Assembly (NCBI GenBank): GCA_934446095.1
Contig: CAKSDR010000002.1
Coordinates: 1 to 63,761, forward strand
Source of the DNA: an uncultured Eubacteriales bacterium
GTDB lineage: Bacteria > Bacillota > Clostridia > Oscillospirales > CAG-382
Length of the DNA: 63,761 bases
Direction of reading: 5' to 3'
This document shows, piece after piece, positions 7,381 through 16,135 of the stretch; position 1 is the first letter of the stretch, and each line of letters opens with the position of its first letter. Both the position numbers and the translations under genes were made by a program. The notes under the pieces were generated by a model that saw only the letters and a list, made by a program, of their open reading frames with translations, ran no database searches and was not told the origin of the DNA.

Positions 7381-9585
7381 TCATTCTTTTTTTGACATTT
7401 GCCTTTGAGCAAGTACAAGGTCATAATATATGCCTTTTTTGTTCATGAGAAAATCATGAGTGCCGATTTCCGCGACCCTGCCCTTGTCAAGTACAACAAG
7501 AAAAGTCGCGTTGCGCAAGGTGGAAAGACGGTGAGCAATGGCAAAAGTAGTTCTGTTTTTAATGAGTTTTGCAAGGGCGTCTTGTATTACTTTTTCGGTT
7601 TGCATATCAAGGGAACTTGTAGCTTCGTCAAGTATCAGTATTCTGGGGTTCTTAAGGAAAACCCTTGCAATGGATATCCTCTGGCGTTCGCCGCCCGAAA
7701 GGGTATAACCTCTTTCTCCGATTTTAGTATTATATGCATCGGGCAGATTCATAATAAACGAGTGCGCTCCGGCAAGTTTTGCGGCTCTTATAACCTCGTC
7801 TTTCGAAGCATTTTTTTTCGCATATACAATATTGTCGTATATTGTGCCGGAAAACAGGAAAGATTCCTGCAGCACAGCGCCCGTTTGCTCTCTTAGGGAC
7901 GACTGCGAAATATCCCGAATATCTGTGCCGTCTATAAGAATCTGTCCCGAGTCTGCTTCATACAGCCTCATGACAAGATTTATAAGCGTACTTTTTCCAA
8001 CGCCCGACGCGCCGACAATGCCTACCATTTCTCCCGGATGCACGCTGAAAGATATATTTTCAAGAACAGGTTCATGTTCTTTATAGCCAAAACAAATATT
8101 TTTGAACTCAACATCTCCGAAAACGGTTATATTTTTTGCAGAAGCGCTGTCGGCAATCTCAGTTTTTCCGTTCAATATTTCAAATATTTTAAACACGGCG
8201 GTGCCTGTATGGATAAGTATTCTCGGAAGCCTCGAGAAAAAATTAAGCGGCGCATATATTATCGAAACATATGATGTGAGTTGAACCAACTGACCCAAAG
8301 ACATGCTGCCTTTTAGAATTTTATTTCCGACATAATAAAGAATAATAAATTCGCCTATTCCCATAAGAAAACCTGACATCGGAATAATAATGCTCCACAA
8401 AGCCTCGTTTTTCTGACGCACTTCCGATTCGTTTTTGATAATATCGGAATATTTTTTTTCTTCTGCCCGTTCGGTGCCATAGGCTTTTATAACGCGGATT
8501 CCTTGAAATATATCATGAAGAGTGGTATTTGAATAACTTTCGATAAACCATTGCTTGTGATAAATTCTGTGCAGAAAACGATGTATAAAATTGTACATCA
8601 GAAGCACAAACGGGCATGGAATAATCGCAATAAGCGTAATTGCCGGACCGAAAACAACAAGCATTGCGACAATTATTGCTATAAGAACAAGAGTCTGTTG
8701 TATAAATTCAGGAAGCACATTAACGAGGAATCTGTTGAGTATGGCGGTGTCGTTTGTCAGACGCGTCATAAGTTCGCCTGTCGTGTGCTCGGATATCTCG
8801 CTTAAAGACATGTACTGAATTTTTTCAAACAGCCGGAACCGGAGTTTTTTCAGCATGTCGCTGCTGACATTTATAAGAAGGCGGTTTCGTATCACATCAA
8901 AAACCGTCATTATAAGTTTTGTCGCCGCAAGCGCAAAAATCAGAATCATAAACGCAGAAAAAGAAACTGTTGCGGCGCTGCTTTTTATATAGTCGTCTAC
9001 AAGAATTTTGTTAAGATACGGAAATAAAAGTTCAAGTCCTGCGGCAACGATAAAAAGAAGACCGCATACCAAAAGAACCGGAATATATGGCTTTACCATT
9101 GATAAAAGTTGTTTTGCAATTTTTAAAAAATCACTTGACTTTATATTTTCGCGTGTTTTCTGCGCCTTGTTTTTTGACTTGTTTTCGACAGTATACGACG
9201 GATCTTTCTTTAAATTGCCGACTGTCTTACACATATCGAAAACAAAATCCGAGTTTTTATTTGTTGTTCTGCAAAATTCGTATGTGCTGCCGCAGGAAGA
9301 GTACTCAAGAACGGCGCAGCCGTATTTTCTTGTGCACGTAACTTCCGATATTGAAGATATATTGACAAGACTAATATCAATGTTTTTGGAAAGAAATGTG
9401 TCGGTCTGAGCCTTTATAAGCGTATTTCTACTTACAGAACAGATTCCATAAACAAATGTATTCGAACACGATAAATTGTATTTGAAACTGAATACGACTT
9501 CTTCACCTTTTAAATTTTCGGAAATCTTCTGCGTGAGCACGTCAAAAATTTTTTTGTCTTTTTTTCTTTTCGATTTTAAAAACAT
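7381..9585 (-). CDS. ABC exporter half-transporter (TMD-NBD) with a cytoplasmic N-terminal extension of about 165 aa
   Basis: Six-TM exporter domain. Walker A GASGVGKST, signature LSGGERQRISIAR, Walker B ILILDEATS, H-loop AHRLST. RBS AAAGGAG lies 5 nt upstream. Confidence 0.9.
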   Translation of the reverse strand: MFLKSKRKKDKKIFDVLTQKISENLKGEEVVFSFKYNLSCSNTFVYGICSVSRNTLIKAQTDTFLSKNIDISLVNISSISEVTCTRKYGCAVLEYSSCGSTYEFCRTTNKNSDFVFDMCKTVGNLKKDPSYTVENKSKNKAQKTRENIKSSDFLKIAKQLLSMVKPYIPVLLVCGLLFIVAAGLELLFPYLNKILVDDYIKSSAATVSFSAFMILIFALAATKLIMTVFDVIRNRLLINVSSDMLKKLRFRLFEKIQYMSLSEISEHTTGELMTRLTNDTAILNRFLVNVLPEFIQQTLVLIAIIVAMLVVFGPAITLIAIIPCPFVLLMYNFIHRFLHRIYHKQWFIESYSNTTLHDIFQGIRVIKAYGTERAEEKKYSDIIKNESEVRQKNEALWSIIIPMSGFLMGIGEFIILYYVGNKILKGSMSLGQLVQLTSYVSIIYAPLNFFSRLPRILIHTGTAVFKIFEILNGKTEIADSASAKNITVFGDVEFKNICFGYKEHEPVLENISFSVHPGEMVGIVGASGVGKSTLINLVMRLYEADSGQILIDGTDIRDISQSSLREQTGAVLQESFLFSGTIYDNIVYAKKNASKDEVIRAAKLAGAHSFIMNLPDAYNTKIGERGYTLSGGERQRISIARVFLKNPRILILDEATSSLDMQTEKVIQDALAKLIKNRTTFAIAHRLSTLRNATFLVVLDKGRVAEIGTHDFLMNKKGIYYDLVLAQRQMSKKE

Positions 9586-9607
9586 TTTTTCTCCTTTGTT
9601 TTAAGGA

Positions 9608-10306
9608 TTATAAATATAACTCTATTGCACGGTAACTTTTCTTGTCAAGAAGAGAAACGTTTTTAATACTGTACCGGTTGCCGTCGGTATCAGAGATAAG
9701 AAGTCTTTCCGGAGAGATTTTGGTAATGCTTCGAAAAGGGTCGCGCAGACTTATTTCACAAGGACCGCAGTTTGTCACACATTTTATTGACGCAAAGCCG
9801 AATCTGCTTTTAAATGAAAGTATTTTTTTGATTTCAGGCACAAAATAGGTGTTTTTAAGTTCTCTTTTTATAATTTCGCATGTTTTTTCATCAAAATCAG
9901 AAACATCTTCAATTATGCCTATTTCATTTCCGTCCCTATCCTGAACCGAAATGATTTTATATGGGTTTTCAAAAGGAAAGGCGCAGTGAAGAAAAACTCT
10001 TTTGTAATTTCTTCTTCCGTCGTCCGTATATAACGGTTCTTTTTTGCCGGCACTTTCGTGCATGTCAAAATGCGGTGATGGCGGCATATGGCTTTCATAC
10101 GGAATATCATGCGGCGGCATAGGACCTCCTGCCGGCATGTCGTGCAGGGGCTCGGGACCTTGATTTTCGGGCATATCAAACTTTTTGTCTATATCCGAAA
10201 CAAGTTCCAAAAATCCGTCGTCCGACATTTTAAAGTCGGAATTGTATTTTGTGATATATGTTATGTCGACAACATCCGTAAAAGATATATTTTTATTACT
10301 GCTCAT
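9608..10306 (-). CDS. Soluble DUF1854-like protein (ABC-exporter-associated, function unknown) with a His/Pro-rich insertion
   Basis: The C-terminal ~140 aa (FLHCAFPFENPYKIISVQDRDGNEIGII.D...RYF.P.I..I...) matches my recollection of DUF1854. The gene is embedded between two ABC exporter genes. Confidence 0.6.
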   Translation of the reverse strand: MSSNKNISFTDVVDITYITKYNSDFKMSDDGFLELVSDIDKKFDMPENQGPEPLHDMPAGGPMPPHDIPYESHMPPSPHFDMHESAGKKEPLYTDDGRRNYKRVFLHCAFPFENPYKIISVQDRDGNEIGIIEDVSDFDEKTCEIIKRELKNTYFVPEIKKILSFKSRFGFASIKCVTNCGPCEISLRDPFRSITKISPERLLISDTDGNRYSIKNVSLLDKKSYRAIELYL

Positions 10307-10350
10307 GATTATCGCCCCTTTCGGCAGTAGAAATCCGGTTTTGTGCGTTA

Positions 10351-12618
10351 TTATATTCCAATATTTTTCATTGCCTCAAGTTGCAGGCTGTAAAGTTTGT
10401 AGTATTCGCCTTTTTTTTCGATGAGTTGTCTTGCCGTACCGTATTCGCAGATTTTTCCGTCTTTTATAACCGCGAGATTGTCGGCGTCTTTCAGAGTTGA
10501 AAGGCGGTGCGCGATCATAAGGGTTGTACGGCCTTTTGACAGACTGTAAATTGCCTGCTGAATCCTGCGCTCGGTTTTTGTATCCATGGCGGCGGTGGCT
10601 TCGTCCAAAATCAAAATTTTCGGATTTTTGAGAAAAGCCCGTGCAATCGATATTCTCTGACGTTCTCCGCCGGATAATTCCTTGCCGCTGCCCCAGCCGA
10701 TATTTGTTTCATAACTTTCGGGATATTTAATTATAAATCTGTGCGCGTCGGCAAGTTTTGCAGCCATGAAAACTTCTTCGTCCGAGGCTTTAGGATTTGC
10801 ATATCTTATGTTGTCCATAATCGTACCGCGGAAAAGATAGGTTTCCTGAGAAACTATGGCAATATTTTTATGAAGAGCATCAAGCGACATATCTTTAATA
10901 TTTATACCGTCGAGCATTATTTCTCCCTCGGTCGTATCATACAGCCGCAAAATGAGGTTTACAAGAGTGCTTTTGCCGGCGCCGGACTGACCTACTATTC
11001 CGAGAACTTCACCCGGACGAACGGAGAACGAGATGCCGTCGAGGATTTTTCTTGTTTTGTCATATTCAAATCCGACGTTTGAAAAAGTAATTTCACCATT
11101 TATACTTTCGGGACACACAGGATTTTCCTTTTCCATAACTTCGGGAATGCTGTCGAGGATTTCAAATATTCTCGAAATTGAGTTAAGACATTCCGCATAC
11201 CATCTTGACGCTTCCGAGAATGAACTTATCGGGGCGTATATCATTGACATGTATCCGATAAATGTCATAAGCATTCCGAAAGATAACTGCCCTTTTATCG
11301 TAAGCCAGCCACCGTATGCCCATACGACAAAGTTGCCGGCATATAAAAGGTAGCCCATAAGAGGGAACACGGTTGCCTTGAATTTATTTATTTTTTTGTC
11401 GGAATCTGCAAAATCGGAACTTTTTCTGTCGAATCTTTCGATTTCGCTTTTTTCTTTTGCAAAGACTTTAACTACGCGCGCGCCTGCAAGAACATCCGAT
11501 ATTACAGAATTGTATGACCGTGATTTTGAATAGTTTTTTGCATACATTTTCCCGAATACTGAAAAAACAAGTTTGTAAAATATAAAGAACACGGGTGACA
11601 TTATAAACGTAAAAGCCGCGAGGCGAACGTTTATAAAGAACATAATTACAGTTATCGCAAAAAACTGAACGGCGTTTACGACAAGTGACGGAAGACCGTC
11701 GCAGAAAAAGAAGTATATATTGTTGGCGTCGTTGTTTACAGATGTCATGAGTCCGCCGGTGTGACGGCCGGTGAAAAACGACATTGAAAGACGCGATATT
11801 GCCGAAAATACGGTTTTCTTTATGTCATATATAACTTTTGCTGAAATTTTTGATGTTACAACTCCCGAAAGAACATTCGCAAGTGTGTTTAAAAACTTGG
11901 TTGCGGCAATAAGACCGACAGCAAATGCTACTTTTCCGTACCATTTTCCGCCTTCTGAAAGAACGTTGTCATAAAAAACGCTTCCTCCGATATATGGTAC
12001 AAAAGTCGAAAGCGAAGTTATAAGCACAAGACTTAAAAAAGACAGAAAAATATATAACTTATATTTCAGAAAGAAAACGGAGATACGTTTTAAAATCTTT
12101 GAAGTGTCAGTGCATTCCGGGCAGATTTTTGACGAGTCCGGGTATTTTCTGCCGCATTTAGGGCAGAAAAGGTCAGGGTTATCGTATACAAAATCATTCT
12201 CGGTTAAAGGTTTGCCGTCTTTTATTTTATTTAATGTTTCGAGAAAAGCAAACATACGGTCTTTTAACGAAGAAGTAAATCTGAAAAGGAGCGTTTCTTC
12301 GCCGTCAAGCGTTGCCGAAAAAATATACGACGAAATGTTTTTTTCTATTCTGAATTCATAAAGGCTGCAAAGGGAATATTTACGAAATTCATATTCGGTA
12401 AAACTATATGTTTTTTTGAAAAAAGCCGTGTCTTCTGACTTGAAAGCCGGATTTCCGGACAGAATAACAAGCATTTTTTCGGTTATGACGCAATATACGT
12501 CCGTATATATAAAGTCAGAATTTATATCTGATTTTATATATGTTATGATGTCCTCTTCGCAAATTCCTTTTTCGGACAATATACCGAGTATCTCCCTTTT
12601 TGGCTTTTTACTTGTCAC
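10351..12618 (-). CDS. ABC exporter half-transporter (TMD-NBD) with a cytoplasmic N-terminal extension of about 185 aa ending in a CPxC..CPxC zinc ribbon
   Basis: Walker A GQSGAGKST, signature LSGGERQRISIAR, Walker B ILILDEATA, H-loop AHRLST. CPKCGRKYPDSSKICPEC lies just before TM1. Start placed at GTG 12618, with RBS GGAGAG 7 nt upstream; the ORF track runs to TTG 12633. Confidence 0.88.
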   Translation of the reverse strand: MTSKKPKREILGILSEKGICEEDIITYIKSDINSDFIYTDVYCVITEKMLVILSGNPAFKSEDTAFFKKTYSFTEYEFRKYSLCSLYEFRIEKNISSYIFSATLDGEETLLFRFTSSLKDRMFAFLETLNKIKDGKPLTENDFVYDNPDLFCPKCGRKYPDSSKICPECTDTSKILKRISVFFLKYKLYIFLSFLSLVLITSLSTFVPYIGGSVFYDNVLSEGGKWYGKVAFAVGLIAATKFLNTLANVLSGVVTSKISAKVIYDIKKTVFSAISRLSMSFFTGRHTGGLMTSVNNDANNIYFFFCDGLPSLVVNAVQFFAITVIMFFINVRLAAFTFIMSPVFFIFYKLVFSVFGKMYAKNYSKSRSYNSVISDVLAGARVVKVFAKEKSEIERFDRKSSDFADSDKKINKFKATVFPLMGYLLYAGNFVVWAYGGWLTIKGQLSFGMLMTFIGYMSMIYAPISSFSEASRWYAECLNSISRIFEILDSIPEVMEKENPVCPESINGEITFSNVGFEYDKTRKILDGISFSVRPGEVLGIVGQSGAGKSTLVNLILRLYDTTEGEIMLDGINIKDMSLDALHKNIAIVSQETYLFRGTIMDNIRYANPKASDEEVFMAAKLADAHRFIIKYPESYETNIGWGSGKELSGGERQRISIARAFLKNPKILILDEATAAMDTKTERRIQQAIYSLSKGRTTLMIAHRLSTLKDADNLAVIKDGKICEYGTARQLIEKKGEYYKLYSLQLEAMKNIGI

Positions 12619-12651
12619 GGCAATTCTCTCCAAATTAAAAGTATTACTTAT

Positions 12652-12680
12652 ATTATAATACTTTCAGTGCCGATTTTCAA
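12652..12680 (-). promoter_or_regulatory. Sigma-A type promoter of the ABC-DUF1854-ABC operon
   Basis: On the minus strand: TTGAAA, 17 nt, TATAAT. Confidence 0.55.
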
Positions 12681-12722
12681 CTTTTCTTTTCTTTTATATA
12701 AAATACGGTTGAAAAAATCGGC
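12669..12722. repeat. Imperfect inverted repeat spanning both -35 boxes of the divergent promoters
   Basis: GCCGATTTTCAAC (12669-12681) and GTTGAAAAAATCGGC (12708-12722). The arms are complementary except for two extra A residues. Confidence 0.7.
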
Positions 12723-12737
12723 AAGAATATGTATAAT
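12709..12737 (+). promoter_or_regulatory. Sigma-A type promoter of nnr
   Basis: TTGAAA, 17 nt, TATAAT, with extended -10 TG. Confidence 0.55.
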
Positions 12738-12782
12738 ATAATTTATAAGAACAAAAAGTTGTGCTATGGGGGTTTATAAAAA

Positions 12783-14288
12783 ATGCGTGCCGCATCTCCG
12801 GAAACTATGCGTCAAATCGACAAGTATGCAAGCGATATACTGTCTATAAAAGAAGAAACTCTTATGGGTAATGCCGGCAAGGGCGTGTATGAAAAAATAA
12901 AAGAAATGATAGATCCTTCCGACACCGTTCTTATTTTATGCGGAAAAGGAAATAACGCGGGCGACGGATATGCGTTAGGAACCGAACTTATAAGGGATAA
13001 AATAAATGTGTGCTGCCTTGAGGTTTTTGATATGCCGCCGGTATCCGTATGCGCACAGAATTTCAGAAATATATATGTTTCATGCGGGGGCAAAATAGCA
13101 AAGTCGGATAAATTCAAAGACGAAATAAAAAAGAGCACGGTTATTGCAGATTGTATTTTTGGGTTTGGATTTCGCGGAAATATAGATAATGAAAGTGTTG
13201 CGGCAAAAATCATAAAGGCATGCAATGAAAGCGGCTGTAAAAGAATTTCGGTTGATGTTCCGAGCGGGATAAATCCTGAAAGCGGAGAAATTTCCGATGT
13301 AAACTTTTCGGCAGACAGAACATACACACTTGTTTTGCCGAAACCCGGCCTTTATTCGTATCCGGCAAGAGAATACTGCGGTGAAATCTCGGTTCTGGAT
13401 ATCGGAATCCCCAAAAAAGTACTTGATAACTTTTCATATGAGTGTGAAATTGAAGACGATGAATTTATAAAAAGCATTATGCCGAAAAGGGGAAAAAACA
13501 CCAATAAAGGCACATTCGGAACGCTTTTATCATTTACGGGAAGCGAATATATGACGGGTGCTGCCGTTTTGTCGTCAATGGGAGCGTTAAGAAGCGGAGT
13601 CGGCCTTTTGAAAATATGCGGAAAAAAAGAAGTGCTTTCAAAACTGCAGAATATACTTTATGAACCGGTTTTTCAGAAACTTGACGACGATGCCGATAAA
13701 GCAGTCTGCGAGATGGACGGATATTTTAAAAGCGCGTCTGCGGTCCTTTGCGGATGCGGCATAGGAAAAGACGAATATGCGAAAAGACTGACGGAACATA
13801 TAATTAAAAATTTTGAAAAAACCATAATTCTTGACGCGGATGGAATAAATAACATATGCGAAAATATAATGATACTAAAGGAAGCAAAGTTACCTTGTAT
13901 CATTACTCCGCATCCTGCGGAATTTGCGCGTCTTTTAAATACCGGAGTGCAGAATGTGAATAAAAACCGAATAAACTGCGCAAGGGCATTTTCAAGAGAA
14001 TATAACTGCATTGTTGTGCTGAAGGGGGCAGGGACGGTTATCGCGTGTCCCGACGGAAAGTATTTTATAAATACAACCGGCAACTCATCCTTGTCCAAAG
14101 GTGGAAGCGGGGATGTTCTTGCGGGAGTTATTGCATCTTTGTGCGCCCAGGGGATGAGCCCTCCGAGCGCGTGTGCGCTTGCGGTGTATCTGCATGGGTA
14201 TGCAGGCGAAAAACTTTCTGCAGAAGCGTCGCAAAGTTCCGTGCTGCCGCAGGACTTGCCGAGGTGCATAGGTAAAAGCCTTCCGTGA
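12783..14288 (+). CDS. nnr: Bifunctional NAD(P)H-hydrate repair enzyme Nnr (epimerase plus ADP-dependent dehydratase)
   Basis: N-terminal YjeF-N motif GKGNNAGDGYALG. C-terminal carbohydrate-kinase motif GGSGDVLAGVIASL. Confidence 0.9.
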   Translation: MRAASPETMRQIDKYASDILSIKEETLMGNAGKGVYEKIKEMIDPSDTVLILCGKGNNAGDGYALGTELIRDKINVCCLEVFDMPPVSVCAQNFRNIYVSCGGKIAKSDKFKDEIKKSTVIADCIFGFGFRGNIDNESVAAKIIKACNESGCKRISVDVPSGINPESGEISDVNFSADRTYTLVLPKPGLYSYPAREYCGEISVLDIGIPKKVLDNFSYECEIEDDEFIKSIMPKRGKNTNKGTFGTLLSFTGSEYMTGAAVLSSMGALRSGVGLLKICGKKEVLSKLQNILYEPVFQKLDDDADKAVCEMDGYFKSASAVLCGCGIGKDEYAKRLTEHIIKNFEKTIILDADGINNICENIMILKEAKLPCIITPHPAEFARLLNTGVQNVNKNRINCARAFSREYNCIVVLKGAGTVIACPDGKYFINTTGNSSLSKGGSGDVLAGVIASLCAQGMSPPSACALAVYLHGYAGEKLSAEASQSSVLPQDLPRCIGKSLP

Positions 14289-14356
14289 AAGGGTGAGGCA
14301 AAATCAAATCAAGGCAAAAAAATATATTTAAAAGATGTATTTTAACTGTTTTAATT

Positions 14357-14929
14357 GTGGTATGTTTATTTTTGTGTTCATGTGCAAACAACAAATACGG
14401 ACTTGAAACTTTGTCTGATACGCTGTTCTGCGACTATAACGCAAAAATTGACTATACATTTAAAACACAGAGCGGAGAACTTTCCGGAAAAGCAAGTGTT
14501 ACTAAAGGGGACACCGTTAAAATTGAGGTTGAATCCCCCGAGCCTTATTCGGGGCTTTGCGCTGTCAGCGATGAGGGCGGAAATCCGTCGGTTATAACTA
14601 TTTCATATTATGGAATAAAGTCCGACATGCCCGATAATATGCTGCCGAAACTTAATCTTGCGATGCGTATTTTTTCTGCCGAAGCGCAAACTGAAATTTT
14701 CGAACTGAAAAACGACAGTATTGTTGAAACAAGGCAGATAGACACGGAGGACTTTGGTTTTTCGGATACATCAGTCATCATCCCAAGAACTGCCGAGTTT
14801 TATATTGACACATATAAGTGCCTTATAACTTATGACAGCGTTACGGGGACGCCGCTTTATTTGAGCGCACAGTGCGATGATTTTTCTCTGGAAATAGTAT
14901 ATAAGGAATTCAATTTACAAACAGATTGA
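14357..14929 (+). CDS. Putative lipoprotein, YdcC/LolA-like by position (between nnr and alr); the true start is probably upstream of the listed GTG
   Basis: Lipobox-like LFLCSCANN. The in-frame upstream sequence encodes a typical signal-peptide n-region (see findings). Position before alr matches B. subtilis ydcC-alr. Confidence 0.5.
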   Translation: MVCLFLCSCANNKYGLETLSDTLFCDYNAKIDYTFKTQSGELSGKASVTKGDTVKIEVESPEPYSGLCAVSDEGGNPSVITISYYGIKSDMPDNMLPKLNLAMRIFSAEAQTEIFELKNDSIVETRQIDTEDFGFSDTSVIIPRTAEFYIDTYKCLITYDSVTGTPLYLSAQCDDFSLEIVYKEFNLQTD

Positions 14930-14945
14930 AAAAGAAGGATAAAAA

Positions 14946-16091
14946 ATGGTAAAGGAATTTGAAAAATATCCGGCATTTGCAAAGATTAATCTTTCAAATC
15001 TTGCACACAATGTCAGAATTGCGCAGGAAAAAATACATAAGACCATATCTGACAAGGCAGAAATTCTTGCCGTTATAAAGGCAGACGCTTACGGACATGG
15101 GGTTGTTATGGTCGCAAAAAGGCTGGAAAAGGAAAATGTGAATCATTTTGCGGTTGCAAATATCGACGAGGCGGTTGAACTTCGGAAAAACAACATAGGT
15201 GGCATGATTTTGATATTAGGCTGCATTCTGCCTTCGAGATATGCTGACGCTGCTGATAACGACATTTCCGTGACAGTCGAATCGTATGACGCTTTAAAAA
15301 ACATTGAAGCATTTGCAAAAAAAGAGAACAAAAAGATCAAAATACATATAAAACTGAATACCGGTATGAACAGAATCGGGTTTGCAACATATGACAATAA
15401 AATATCTTGTGAACTTGTAAAAAGCCTGTCAATACTGAGAGAATCAAAGAACCTTTTATGCGAGGGTATTTTTTCTCATTTTTCAAACGGCGATGATGAA
15501 GATAAGAGCATTACCGATTACCAGTTCAAAAAATTTATGTATACCGTGAACGAACTTGAAAAAATGGGATTTTGCTTTAGGTACAGACATATTTGCAACA
15601 GCGTCGGCACGCTATATTATCCAGAATTTCACCTTGACCTTGTGAGATACGGAATAGGACTTTACGGCTGTGAGTATGAGGATATGGGGATTTTGCCGGT
15701 TATGAGTTTTAAGGCGCATATTGTTGCTGTTCATAATATAAAAAAAGGCGAATCGATAGGATATTCGGGAACTTTTACAGCGCAGCATGATATGAGAGTT
15801 GCGACTGTTTGCGCAGGATATGCCGATGGCGTTGACAGACTTTTGTCCAATAGGGGATATGTGCTGTGCCATGATAAAAGGGCGAAGATTTTGGGAAGAG
15901 TCTGCATGGATATGATGATGATTGACGTTTCGGATATAGATAATGCAAAACTTTACGATATTGTAACGATTTTCGGCAAGGACGAAAACGAAACCCTTCA
16001 TGTTGAAGAAGACGCACGGCTGTGCGGAACAATTTCATATGAACTTCTGTGCAGAATAGGCAAGAGAGCAAAAAGAATATATGAAGAATAA
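14946..16091 (+). CDS. alr: Alanine racemase
   Basis: PLP-lysine motif AVIKADAYGHG. Length is 381 aa. C-terminal YE..C.IGKR. Confidence 0.92.
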   Translation: MVKEFEKYPAFAKINLSNLAHNVRIAQEKIHKTISDKAEILAVIKADAYGHGVVMVAKRLEKENVNHFAVANIDEAVELRKNNIGGMILILGCILPSRYADAADNDISVTVESYDALKNIEAFAKKENKKIKIHIKLNTGMNRIGFATYDNKISCELVKSLSILRESKNLLCEGIFSHFSNGDDEDKSITDYQFKKFMYTVNELEKMGFCFRYRHICNSVGTLYYPEFHLDLVRYGIGLYGCEYEDMGILPVMSFKAHIVAVHNIKKGESIGYSGTFTAQHDMRVATVCAGYADGVDRLLSNRGYVLCHDKRAKILGRVCMDMMMIDVSDIDNAKLYDIVTIFGKDENETLHVEEDARLCGTISYELLCRIGKRAKRIYEE

Positions 16092-16092
16092 A

Positions 16093-16122
16093 TAAAAAAT
16101 CCCCCTTAACGGGGGATTTTTT
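16093..16122. terminator. Bidirectional intrinsic terminator (alr / flavin-reductase-like gene, convergent)
   Basis: Stem ATCCCCC / GGGGGAT, loop TTAAC. Flanked by an A-run and TTTTTT. Confidence 0.8.
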
Positions 16123-16135
16123 GCGCGGCAATAAG

